A DNA stretch of 64,000 bases. Source: Acidobacteriota bacterium (GTDB lineage Bacteria > Acidobacteriota > Thermoanaerobaculia > Gp7-AA8). The notes beneath the pieces were generated by a model. The model had not been told where the DNA came from. It saw only the letters and a list, made by a program, of their open reading frames with translations, and made no database searches. Every line of letters begins with the position of its first letter. Position 1 is the first letter of the stretch. This document shows, piece by piece, positions 1 to 8,267 of the stretch. The stretch is taken from NCBI GenBank assembly GCA_019244185.1, contig JAFATB010000006.1, forward strand, positions 192,001 through 256,000, given 5' to 3'. A program made the position numbers and the translations under genes.

Positions 1-2893
1 CACAATCGCGAGTCTTCGAACAGCAGTGACCGCACCCGCGAGCGCTCGCCCATCGCCGCGAGCGCACGCAGCGCAGCCATCCGACGCGTCGTGTGCTCGT
101 CGTCATCTTCACCGGCGCGAGCAATCGCAGCCAATCGTTCGACGGCATCGGACGAAGGCGTGGTAACCATGCTACGGATCTCCGTGCCGCACCACGATTG
201 GCAGGCGTCGAGTTGATGCAGGAGAAACCGTTCCAGTTCGGCCCCGCCGATGCTCAGAAGCAGCCGGTGCACCTGCCGCACGAAGTGCCGGTCGAGCGTG
301 TTCGAGCCATGCGGCGTAAACATCACGGCCACCTCGTGCAGCTTCCGCGGCAGCGCTGCGTCTCGCTGCTCGCGCAGTATGCGCAGGCCGTCCCTTGAAT
401 CGATGGATGCAAGAAGTTCGATCAAGTGCTCCAGATCCGGCGGTGGACGGTCCGGGCGGTCACTGCTCAGCGTACTGTCGATCATTGCCTCCAGACGCTC
501 GAGCGCGGCATCGATCGTCTGTTCATCGATCTCACGCTCGCCGCCGAAAGCCCCGTGAAGTGCAGCGCAGCTGTATTGGCCCGACTGAAACTTGTCGCGG
601 ATCGCGGTTCGAGTCCGGTCTGGAATGGTCAGGAGAAGCGGCGACAACCACCAGTCCTCGTAAAAGGACATGCGCTCGACTTCAGACCGTTCGAAGATTC
701 CGATTGCCACCTCCGGCTTAAGGCGGCATAGGGCGGCGAATGCTTCCTGAGTCACCCAATCGGCTTCGCTGTGAGTCCACTGAATGAGGTAGTCAACCGC
801 ATCCGAATCGCGATAACGATCAATACAGTCGATTGCCCCGCGGAACCCGTCGTTTCGGAATGCATCGAGAAAGATCGGTTTCAAATCGAACCAGAGTCGT
901 CGTCCGTCCTCATTCGCCAGGACGGCAACGAGCCACCCAAGGGTCCTCAGCTCTTCACGATCCGTCTTTGCGGTGGTCGCCGTACGGATCCATTCAGGAT
1001 CGACGCGGCAGCATGCTACGAGCGCGTGCTGCGCAAGCTGCTCTCGGTGATAACCCTCTCCGTCTTTCCCAGCGAGCTTACGCTCCCGATACAGCCGCCA
1101 AATGACGTTGAGAAGACCACCGGACGGTTGCAGTCGCGCAAGTTCAAGGCCGGCGTCCTGCACCTCGGCATTCGCGTCCTGCAGCAACGTCAGAACAAAC
1201 GCGGGACCGACTGCAAACCGAGCCGCGACCTCCTTCATGCACAGCCGAGCCTCACGCACGCGATGCCATGGCGCTTCAGGAACGCGCATGCGACTCAGAA
1301 GCGCTGGTAGCAATCCGGGCCCGATCGTGGGGAGCAGCTCTTCATATAGTTTCTGACTGGGAGCATCTTCGAGTGCCTGAAGAACCTCGACGATCTCCTC
1401 AACCGAGCGGCGGTACTGGACCAGCAACCAGACCACGTCCATCGCCACGTATCCAAGATGCCGCTCCCCTTTCTGCCGAGTCCGTCCAAACAGGTCTGCC
1501 ACCACCTCCGCTACCTTCGTTGAACTCCATTTGCCGCGTTCAAGTTGCGCAAGAACGGCACGTGCGACAGCCCAGTTCAGAAATCGATCGTGCGCGAACT
1601 CCACGCCACCGTCGACGTGAACACGCAGCCACCCGAGGCGCTGCAGCCGTAACTGCATCTCGGACGGGATGTGCAGGCCAAGCAGCACGTCTGCAGGCCA
1701 CGGATACGACTCCGGGCTGTCCAGAAATGCGTTTGCCAAGGTGACGAGTACGCCGACATCCTGCGGATGCTGCGCCTGTCCTTTGGCGGTAGAGACCTGA
1801 CGCCAGAATCGATCGTACAGCTCATATTCATTCGTCGGCTGCCAATTCGCGTCCTCCGACAGCCTGCAATACAAATCGGCCAGAATGGCGCGGCGCAGAA
1901 GTTCGAGGACGTCCTGTGGCACCCCGGCCATGCTCCGACCACGCAGCTGCAACAGCTGCGCAATTCGGACAGGCGCATCTCGCCTACCGCTTGAAGAACT
2001 ACGCGCTCCCGGACCTCGGCGTCCTCGCGGATGCGCTGGGCTGCGTTCTCGTCAGCGGTGAAGGCAACGCGAACGCCCCACTCCCTCCACGGCAGCGCGA
2101 TCAGCGCGAGCGCTTCGTCCACAGATGCCGTCAGGTCGAAGCAGACGGTCAACCAAGGCATCTCGGAGGCGATCGCCGCCTTCGCCCGCCTAACGAGCGA
2201 TTCCCAGTCGAGCGGACGATCGTGGCCTACAATGCGCTTCCAGACTTCGTCGGAGGCACGTTGCAGCGCATCCTCAATCCCCTGCCGAGTTGCAACGAAG
2301 ACGACATTCCCCGCTGCCGCGTTCTCGATGGCGACTTGCGCGAGAAGCGTTGTCTTTCCCATACCGCTTCCACCGGCGAGACAAAGAACCGTCTCGGCCG
2401 ACGGCCAGCTCACGACGCGGCGAACCGTGACCGTCACGTCGTACCGGATTTCTCCCAATCGCCGGTTCAGTTGCGCCAGCGTGGTTTCTCGGAGACCCGG
2501 GAAGCGAGCGAGCGAGATCGTCGGCAGATCCAAGCGGCGCAACAATGTCTCGAGCGTGAAGCGACGCTCCCCGCGGCTCCCGAATTGAAGCAGTAGCCCG
2601 TACAGCTCGCGGGCAACATGCGGAACATCTTCGGCGTGATCGACGTACCCGAGCAGTAACGAGCTCACTCGATCATGCGCATCGTCCGCAGACTGCCGTC
2701 GGATCTCAAACCGGGACAGAAGCGCCCACGTGCGTCGGTATGCGACGTTGTCCGGGGGATCCTCCGATTTCGAAAGACGCGCCGCCACATCGCGGAAGAA
2801 GGTCTCGTACGTGTCATCGACAAAGATGGAATCGGCTACCTCTACGATCCGGCGCGTTTCGCGGAGATCCTCGATGACGGCACGGTCGGCCTG
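1..2893 (-). pseudogene. Frameshifted, 5'-truncated STAND/NACHT-like P-loop NTPase with C-terminal HEAT/ARM-like helical repeats (putative antiphage sensor); runs off the left window edge
   Basis: Walker A 'LAGGSGMGKTTLLAQVA' near 2340-2385. After a frameshift near 1960 the minus strand reads 'QDVLELLRRAILADLY..YELYDRFW', then winged-helix-like 'VEFAHDRFLNWAVARA' near 1560-1610 and HEAT-like 'LTLLQDANAEVQDAGLELARL' near 1130-1195. Manual translation across several frameshifts. Confidence 0.7.
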
Positions 2894-2894
2894 A

Positions 2895-3185
2895 GACTCG
2901 CGGGAGGATGTCAAAGCACGCCTCCGCGAACAGTTTGTCGATGCCGACGAGCACCTGCCCGAGCAACCGCCGCGCGAGTGGCACATGACGACCTCGGGCA
3001 AATTCATCTTCCCTGACTACGAGCCGGTCGATGTCGTCGGGCGAGCGCTGTACTGGCAGGACATTGCGCAGCAACTCGCGCGTCAGCTGCGCCGGCTCGG
3101 TAAGGCAATCAACGCGACGAGTGCCGAGCAACCCGACACCATCGTCGAGCGCGCAATCGTTCGACTTCGAGGTACGTCCGAATGA
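2895..3185 (+). pseudogene. Hypothetical phage-like protein, apparently 5'-truncated
   Basis: The frame of ORF 2985..3185 is open back to the TGA at 2892-2894 and reads protein-like (DSREDVKARLREQFVDADEHLPEQPPREWHMTTSGKF..). Its stop overlaps the next start (ATGA). Confidence 0.5.
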
Positions 3186-3616
3186 ACAGGAAGGAAGTAG
3201 AAGTGCAGGCGCAGGAACGACGCTACAAGAGCATCACGAGGGTTGACTCATCCCGTGTGCACGGATGGTTCGTCCGCGTCGTGCACAACGGAGACACGCA
3301 TCCCAAACTCTTCAGCGACGGCAAGCACGGTGGCCGCGCTGCTGCATTGGCGGCAGCCGTTCGCTGGAGGAACAAGACTGAGCGCGCCATCGGCAAACCG
3401 CGTACCGAACGGATCGTCGTGGCGCGTAAGGCGGGTGCCGGAGTTCGTCGCAAGATCAAAGACGGCAGGCCAGTGTACGAAGTCACCTGGAGTCCGCGGC
3501 CGAAGAAAGTCAGCCGCACCACGTTTTCGATCGCGCTTTACGGCGAACGCGGCGCGCGCGATCTCGCGCACGCTCTGCGTGCCGAAATGGAGCGCCGCTA
3601 CTACGGATATCGATAG
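3182..3616 (+). CDS. Tandem AP2-domain DNA-binding protein (phage-type)
   Basis: Two AP2-like units: 'YKSITRVDSSRVHGWFVRV..KLFSDGKHGGRAAALAAAVRWRN' and 'GVRR..VYEVTW..SRTTFSIALYGERGARDLAHALRAEME'. ATGA coupling with the upstream gene. Confidence 0.75.
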   Translation: MNRKEVEVQAQERRYKSITRVDSSRVHGWFVRVVHNGDTHPKLFSDGKHGGRAAALAAAVRWRNKTERAIGKPRTERIVVARKAGAGVRRKIKDGRPVYEVTWSPRPKKVSRTTFSIALYGERGARDLAHALRAEMERRYYGYR

Positions 3617-3618
3617 AG

Positions 3619-3924
3619 ATGAACGATACGAACTTCCTGGATCTCGTCGAGAGCATTCGCCAAGCGGGAAAGATTCATCGCGCGATGCGCCGTCATCACA
3701 AGACCCGCAGCATCGCGGCGGCACGTCGTCTGGCCGAGCGGTGGAGCCGGCCGATCGATCGATGGCCGAATGAACGCGTGCGCAAGGCATGGGTTGAACG
3801 CACGGCGCGCCTCCTCGCCGATACACCGCACCAGTGCTCATCCACCATTCATGGCTGCGGACACAAACGCCAGCTTCTCGGCAGGACGATTCAGGAACGA
3901 AGAGCTGATGAGCGGGACGATTGA
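3619..3924 (+). CDS. Hypothetical protein (phage-like cluster)
   Basis: ATG 2 nt after the AP2 stop, GAG just upstream, helical N-terminus 'MNDTNFLDLVESIRQAGKIHR'. Confidence 0.5.
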   Translation: MNDTNFLDLVESIRQAGKIHRAMRRHHKTRSIAAARRLAERWSRPIDRWPNERVRKAWVERTARLLADTPHQCSSTIHGCGHKRQLLGRTIQERRADERDD

Positions 3925-4435
3925 GAAGGCGCGAGCGGTCCTCGCGCAACTGGAACAGACCACCGACGTTCCACGCGACGAGACTGCAGCTGCCTTGCGC
4001 GAGCTCATCGCGCTTGCCGAGGGTGTCTTCGAAGACCTCGACGACTGCAACACCAGAATCGCTCGTGCGGCGAAGGCAATCGGCGCGACGGGTTGTCCGG
4101 TGGATCAGCTGAACGCCGTGGTGCGCTACACCGAGCGCGTGGCACCGCACTTTCGCTACATCGCGGCTTCCGGTGAGCTGATTCACCGGCAGCGTGACGA
4201 GAACGGACTTCTGTCAAGCGAGTTTGTCGGGCCTATCGAGATCCGCCGTAATCGCGACGGTTCGCTGGATGAAGTCGTCGCGCAGAACGTGTTCGTCCAC
4301 CTGGAGCAGATGGCCGACAACTCGTGCTGGATGGGCGTCAGCACGTCCGACAACGCACATCTCATCCACGTCAACTTCTACTCGGATCGAGCAATCGAAG
4401 CGGAAGCTGAGGATCAGCATGCGGAGGAAGAGTGA
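3908..4435 (+). CDS. Hypothetical protein (phage-like; coiled-coil N-terminus, beta-rich C-terminus)
   Basis: The protein-like part of ORF 3770..4435 starts at ATG 3908 (MSGTIEKARAVLAQLE..) and overlaps the preceding gene. Confidence 0.6.
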   Translation: MSGTIEKARAVLAQLEQTTDVPRDETAAALRELIALAEGVFEDLDDCNTRIARAAKAIGATGCPVDQLNAVVRYTERVAPHFRYIAASGELIHRQRDENGLLSSEFVGPIEIRRNRDGSLDEVVAQNVFVHLEQMADNSCWMGVSTSDNAHLIHVNFYSDRAIEAEAEDQHAEEE

Positions 4436-4443
4436 TTGCCTTT

Positions 4444-5399
4444 TTACTTCTTCTTCGGAATCGTGCAGTCGAGAACAACCGGCGTGATGAAGAAGCCCTG
4501 CGGCCGGAAGTCCTCGGCCTGACGGGAGAGATGCGCCTCCATCTCCTCACGCGACCAGGAGTGGCACTGCTTCTTTCGTCCGTCCCCATCCGTCCAAGCT
4601 GAGGCACCGAACCAGGCCACGAGATAGATTCCGAATGGCGACGTCGAACTGCGCAGGTATTTCTCAACGAGCTGCGTTTCCATCGCGGTCGGCAAGTCGG
4701 TGTTCCAGCACCCCTTGACCTCGATCGTAACCACCAGCTTCGGATCGAGGTCGCGTCGCACGCCGCGCCCCACGGCTTCGATCTTGATGTCGGTGAAGAA
4801 ACGGTCGAAGACCTCCACTTCCTTGTTGGTGACCAAGTGCGGAAGCGCCAAATCGTCGTTCAGGAACCTGCGAATCCAGTCTCGAACTGCTCCCTCGTCC
4901 TTGGGTTGATCGTCATCCCACAGATACTTGGCCGTCGGGTCCTCGCTGTGTAGCTGCGCCTGCAGCCGCTGAAGCGACTCGATCACGACCTCCACGAGTC
5001 GCTCCGCATTCTGCACAACGCGGTTTCTTCGATCTGTCGCCAGCGCGAACAGCTCTTCCGGAGCGGGCGGAGTCCACGAATGCGTCTGTCGTTCCTCCTC
5101 CGCCATCATGATGAACTGGTCGTGAATGCGGTTCGGAAACGCGGCTTGGATGCGCCGCAGTTCGTCGACCCTTCCACGCTTGCGGAGAACGTTCAGCACC
5201 TCACTGATCGCGAGGCCGACCTGAGACTCCAGGCCCAGCTCCTCCTGCGCGCGACGCGTGTACAACCAGATCACGAGGTCAGCGATCTCGGAGTCTTTCA
5301 GCCTCGCGATGAATTCGCTGATTTGATCGGGGCCGAGGAGCGATTCGATGAGCTCCTGGCCGGTGTCACCGGCGATACGAACAAACGGCCACACCGACG
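4444..5399 (-). pseudogene. C-terminal part of a large NACHT/STAND-associated protein with a PD-(D/E)xK nuclease-like domain, truncated by the IS
   Basis: Motifs 'KDEGAVRDWI..EVEV..TDIKIEAV..VTIEVKGCWN..AMETQLVEKYL..GIYLVAWF' (D..ExK pattern). The reading frame runs up to the left TIR with no real start or RBS. Confidence 0.7.
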
Positions 5400-5435
5400 G
5401 GTGGTGGTTTACTTTGAACCTTTACTTGTAACAGG
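5400..5435 (+). repeat. Left terminal inverted repeat
   Basis: GGTGGTGGTTTACTTTGAACCTTTACTTGTAACAGG; 28/36 identical to the reverse complement of 8568-8603. Confidence 0.9.
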
Positions 5436-5466
5436 CCACGCGCCAGTTACAACCTACATTGAAACG

Positions 5467-5607
5467 TGGGTGGTGCCACCGTGGGAGTAACCCAGACATG
5501 CAGATGGGAACGTGGAGGTTTGGCTTCACCTGCGCTCGGCTCAAGACCGAGCCGCACCAGACCCCACCACACAACCCGTCCGCTCTTGCAATCGGTGGCA
5601 CCGCCCA
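5467..5607 (+). ncRNA. Structured RNA candidate, unit 1 (long hairpin, apical loop CTCAAGA)
   Basis: 15-bp closing stem 5467-5481/5593-5607. Inner stems 5500-5508/5575-5583, 5512-5523/5557-5567 and 5531-5539/5547-5556. G-U pairs indicate the + strand. Homologous to unit 2. Confidence 0.7.
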
Positions 5608-5630
5608 ACCTTGAGACCTACATTGGAGAT

Positions 5631-5760
5631 GGGGAGCGTGCGCATGAGTTAACCAGACTCAGACACTGAGCGGAGCGAGAGGTTGGGCACGCACCGGATT
5701 CCAGACCCGGCAGCACCCAGCGCTCGCATTACCCGTGTTTTGGCAATGCGCACGTTCCCC
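5631..5760 (+). ncRNA. Structured RNA candidate, unit 2 (long hairpin, apical loop TTCCAGA)
   Basis: 15-bp closing stem 5631-5645/5746-5760. Inner stems 5661-5666/5735-5740, 5675-5687/5716-5727 and 5694-5697/5707-5710. Same architecture as unit 1 with different stem sequences. Confidence 0.7.
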
Positions 5761-5773
5761 GACCTCAACCTGT

Positions 5774-5947
5774 TTACTTTCTGGATGGGTCCGGTTTGGT
5801 ACGTCGCTTGCTCTTTGGGAGGGCAGCGCGTTGACGTAGCACATCCCGGTCGGACACCGGTTTCGGACCAGTTTCGGTGTGTTCGATTACTACATCCAGA
5901 ACAGCGCGTGCTGCCTTGATCGGATCACCCCGTGATTTCGACTTCAT
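5774..5947 (-). CDS. Small basic IS passenger protein
   Basis: GAGGA RBS before ATG 5947. 'RGDPIKAARAVLDVVIEHTE' resembles the small basic proteins often seen beside ISMhu11-type transposases (from memory). Confidence 0.55.
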   Translation of the reverse strand: MKSKSRGDPIKAARAVLDVVIEHTETGPKPVSDRDVLRQRAALPKSKRRTKPDPSRK

Positions 5948-6248
5948 TGGTTCCTCGCTCACAGTCTGTAATTCTGTCTTCGAGCACGCTCAACCAGTCT
6001 TCCAAATCGTTCAACCTTGCTCCCAGACTGCTAAGCCGGGCTTCCAAACGGTACTGTTCTTGTTGTTTGTCCGCTGACTGGATCGATGCATGTTCTACCC
6101 ATAACCAAGCAAGCCACAACATCACGCCGGTTGTCAGCATGAACAGCGAGGCCAGCTTGCCTAGATAGATCAACTGCCTGCGACTGGCAGCAAACACCAC
6201 AACCGCCACCACACCGCACAGCACGTACACCCACCAGCGCGCCCTCAT
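5925..6248 (-). CDS. Membrane protein (2 TM helices plus coiled coil)
   Basis: Two hydrophobic segments, then heptad 'LEARLSSLGARLNDLEDWLSVLEDRI'. Start overlaps the upstream stop (ATGA). Confidence 0.65.
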   Translation of the reverse strand: MRARWWVYVLCGVVAVVVFAASRRQLIYLGKLASLFMLTTGVMLWLAWLWVEHASIQSADKQQEQYRLEARLSSLGARLNDLEDWLSVLEDRITDCERGTNEVEITG

Positions 6249-6547
6249 GGCGTCGCCGCCACACACCTGAACTGCACCTCCGCCTTTGGATAGTTGCCGA
6301 ACATGTACGGTGAATGACCGGTGAGAGTGTTCACCACCTGTAACATCTTCCCGTGTTCCGCGCAGAACCGACTCGCTTGCAAGGTGATGTCGGCAGTAAT
6401 CGAGTCTGAACCGATAAACCCTGTGGCTCCACGCTTATAAATCCTGTACATGTCCGTGCCGGGCAGCGCAACCACGCCCGTGGTTGAGCCGCATCCCGCG
6501 AGCATCAGCACGGCCTTTGCCACCATACGACGAAAGTGACGGTTCAT
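6245..6547 (-). CDS. Small lipoprotein
   Basis: Lipobox 'VLMLAGC', mature part with two further Cys ('ASRFCAEHGK..PKAEVQFRC'). Start set at ATG 6547 because the longer ORF overlaps the HTH gene. Confidence 0.7.
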   Translation of the reverse strand: MNRHFRRMVAKAVLMLAGCGSTTGVVALPGTDMYRIYKRGATGFIGSDSITADITLQASRFCAEHGKMLQVVNTLTGHSPYMFGNYPKAEVQFRCVAATP

Positions 6548-6636
6548 GCGGTTTGCCTCCATTCGCTCTGATACCCATAGAATGGATACCGAAAGCATGG
6601 AAAGCAAGCGCTTAACACGAACAACACTTTCGCCGA

Positions 6637-6882
6637 ATGGCGGCGCGGAGCCCAGCGGTACAGTTAGTTGGAGCACGATTGAGGGAGTTGCGGAAGTCTC
6701 GCGGACTCTCACAGGAACAACTCGGCCATCTATGCGGACTCGACCGTAACTACGTCGGTCAAATCGAGCGAGGCAACCGCAACCCTTGTTTGGACAACAT
6801 CGTGAAACTGGCAAAGGCGCTCGGCGTAACACCCGCAGACCTGTTCAGCCGGTTCGACCTCGACACGATGAGGGATGTATAA
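6637..6882 (+). CDS. XRE/Cro-family helix-turn-helix transcriptional regulator
   Basis: 'GARLRELRKSRGLSQEQLGHLCGLDRNYVGQIERGNRNPCLDNIVKLAKALGV' is a canonical HTH_3 pattern. Confidence 0.93.
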   Translation: MAARSPAVQLVGARLRELRKSRGLSQEQLGHLCGLDRNYVGQIERGNRNPCLDNIVKLAKALGVTPADLFSRFDLDTMRDV

Positions 6883-7008
6883 GGGGAATGGGGGTAACTG
6901 GGGCGCGTCCGAACCGCGCTGATGGGAACCGAAGTAGGCGTCAGTTTGTGGAACTGACCAGCCACGCCTCTCAGTACCTGTGACACCAGTTGCCCCCATT
7001 CCCCTTAT
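6879..7008 (+). ncRNA. Long-stem hairpin element 3 (23-bp inverted repeat, 84-nt structured interior)
   Basis: 6879-6901 pairs with 6986-7008 with one G-U on the + strand. Interior hairpins GCGCG-TCCGAAC-CGCGC and GTCAGTT-TGTGG-AACTGAC. Confidence 0.6.
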
Positions 7009-7152
7009 CGTTTGAATCCCACCTCGGCGCGTGTATGCCCACGGCAACAGCGCCATCAACCACTACATTCCTGTGGAATACCACCGATCCGGCCATCCGA
7101 CCGGTGTCAAGTCTGGCGTATCCACGTTACGACTCACATTGTAGGTAAGCAT

Positions 7153-7963
7153 ATGAGGAGACTGCCTAAATCCACCCGCACCAGAATTCTTGCTGCTCTC
7201 GTCGAAGGTAATTCCATTGCATCCACCTGCCGACTGGTGGGTGTGGCCAAGCTCACCGTACTGCGGCTACTGGAGGAAGTCGGTGAAGCGTGTACGGCAT
7301 TCAGCGACCGGTTCATTACCGGCATTGAATCGCCGCACGTACAGGTGGACGAGATGTGGGGGTTCTGTCAGCAGAAACAGAAGAACGTATCCCCGGAGAA
7401 TGCGGGCGTTCTGGGGTATGGCAACGTCTGGACCTACATCGCAATAGACTCACGGTCCAAACTGGTAATCACGTGGCGTGTGCGGGCATCGTAACGAGCA
7501 GACCACACGTGACTTCCTGCATGACTTGGCGTCCCGGCTGACTGGACCCGTTACGCTCTCTACTGACGGGTTCATGGGATACGTCAATGCGATACCGGAA
7601 GCGTTTGACGGAACGCTGAACTACGGGGCTGTGGAGAAACTGTACGAGCGTAACCGGTACGTCGGTGCGAACTACACGAACCGAGTGGGAAACCCGTCGA
7701 AGATATCCACGTCCCTCATCGAGCGCCAGAACCTCACGGTGAGAATGTCAAACCGGCGCATGACGCGCAAGACGAACGGTTTCTCGAAGAAACTGTCCAA
7801 CCACATCTACCAGCTGGCAATCAACTTCGTCTACTACAACTTCGTCCGCACTCACGCCACCATCAAGACGACACCAGCGCTTGCAGCCGGGATCATCGAC
7901 TACCAGTTGTCGCTTGCCGATATGACCGAGTTGGCAATCTGGAGCGATGTGCAGGCGGCGTAA
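7153..7963 (+). pseudogene. IS1-family DDE transposase with a 1-nt frameshift near 7483
   Basis: N-terminal HTH 'LVEGNSIASTCRLVGVAKLTVLRLL'. Catalytic motifs 'VQVDEMWGF', 'LSTDG' and 'STSLIERQNLTVRM..R..RKTNGFSKK'. Split between ORFs 7012..7494 and 7478..7963. Confidence 0.9.
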
Positions 7964-7977
7964 ACAGGCACAATTAC

Positions 7978-8076
7978 GCAGGCTGTCCCAATGGTCGGTA
8001 CCGTTGCGGGATTTACACTCCCGGTAGGCTCGCTGCCGTTGCCAGCGATGGGGTTCAACTCCCACAGCCTCCGCAA
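7978..8076 (+). tRNA. Irregular tRNA-like gene (8-bp acceptor, 4-bp T-stem, tRNA-Sec-like D-arm, long variable arm; anticodon TAC)
   Basis: Acceptor GCAGGCTG/CAGCCTCC (7/8 paired), discriminator G8073. D-stem CAATGGT-CGGT-ACCGTTG. Anticodon arm CGGGA-TTTACAC-TCCCG. 25-nt variable region. T-arm TGGG(G)-TTCAACT-CCCA. Ends CAA rather than CCA. Confidence 0.7.
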
Positions 8077-8084
8077 ACCCAGTC

Positions 8085-8231
8085 TAACAGGTGGGGTGAG
8101 TGGAACCATCCAAACTCGCGGTGACGACTACTGCTTGCGGGACGACTTTCCGAACGTCGGCGGCAGTTGTACGTCTGTGACACTTTGGCGAACGGATTTG
8201 GTTTGGATGGTTCCACTCACCCCACCTGTTA
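8085..8231 (+). ncRNA. Long-stem hairpin element 4 (perfect 31-bp inverted repeat, 85-nt structured interior)
   Basis: 8085-8115 TAACAGGTGGGGTGAGTGGAACCATCCAAAC is the exact reverse complement of 8201-8231. Interior 8116-8180 folds as an extended hairpin with loop ACTTTCCGAA. Confidence 0.65.
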
Positions 8232-8249
8232 TGTGCAGACTGCGTTATT

Positions 8250-8258
8250 TGCTATACT
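8250..8258 (+). promoter_or_regulatory. Putative extended -10 promoter (TGcTATACT) for the 8268 gene
   Basis: TGnTATACT lies 9 nt before the ATG and there is no SD, so the mRNA may be near-leaderless. Confidence 0.4.
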
Positions 8259-8267
8259 CTCAACCCC

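Noticed and set aside
93-2596. + strand ORFs at the window start
   Set aside because: Antisense shadows of the frameshifted STAND NTPase gene.
5452-5625. CRISPR array based on the ACCTACATTG repeats
   Set aside because: Only two 10-bp copies 164 bp apart, homologous structured 'spacers', and no cas genes.
7478-7494. Programmed -1 frameshift in the transposase, as in IS1 insA/insB
   Set aside because: No slippery A6C-type site, and the break lies inside the catalytic domain. A single extra base (mutation or read error) explains it.
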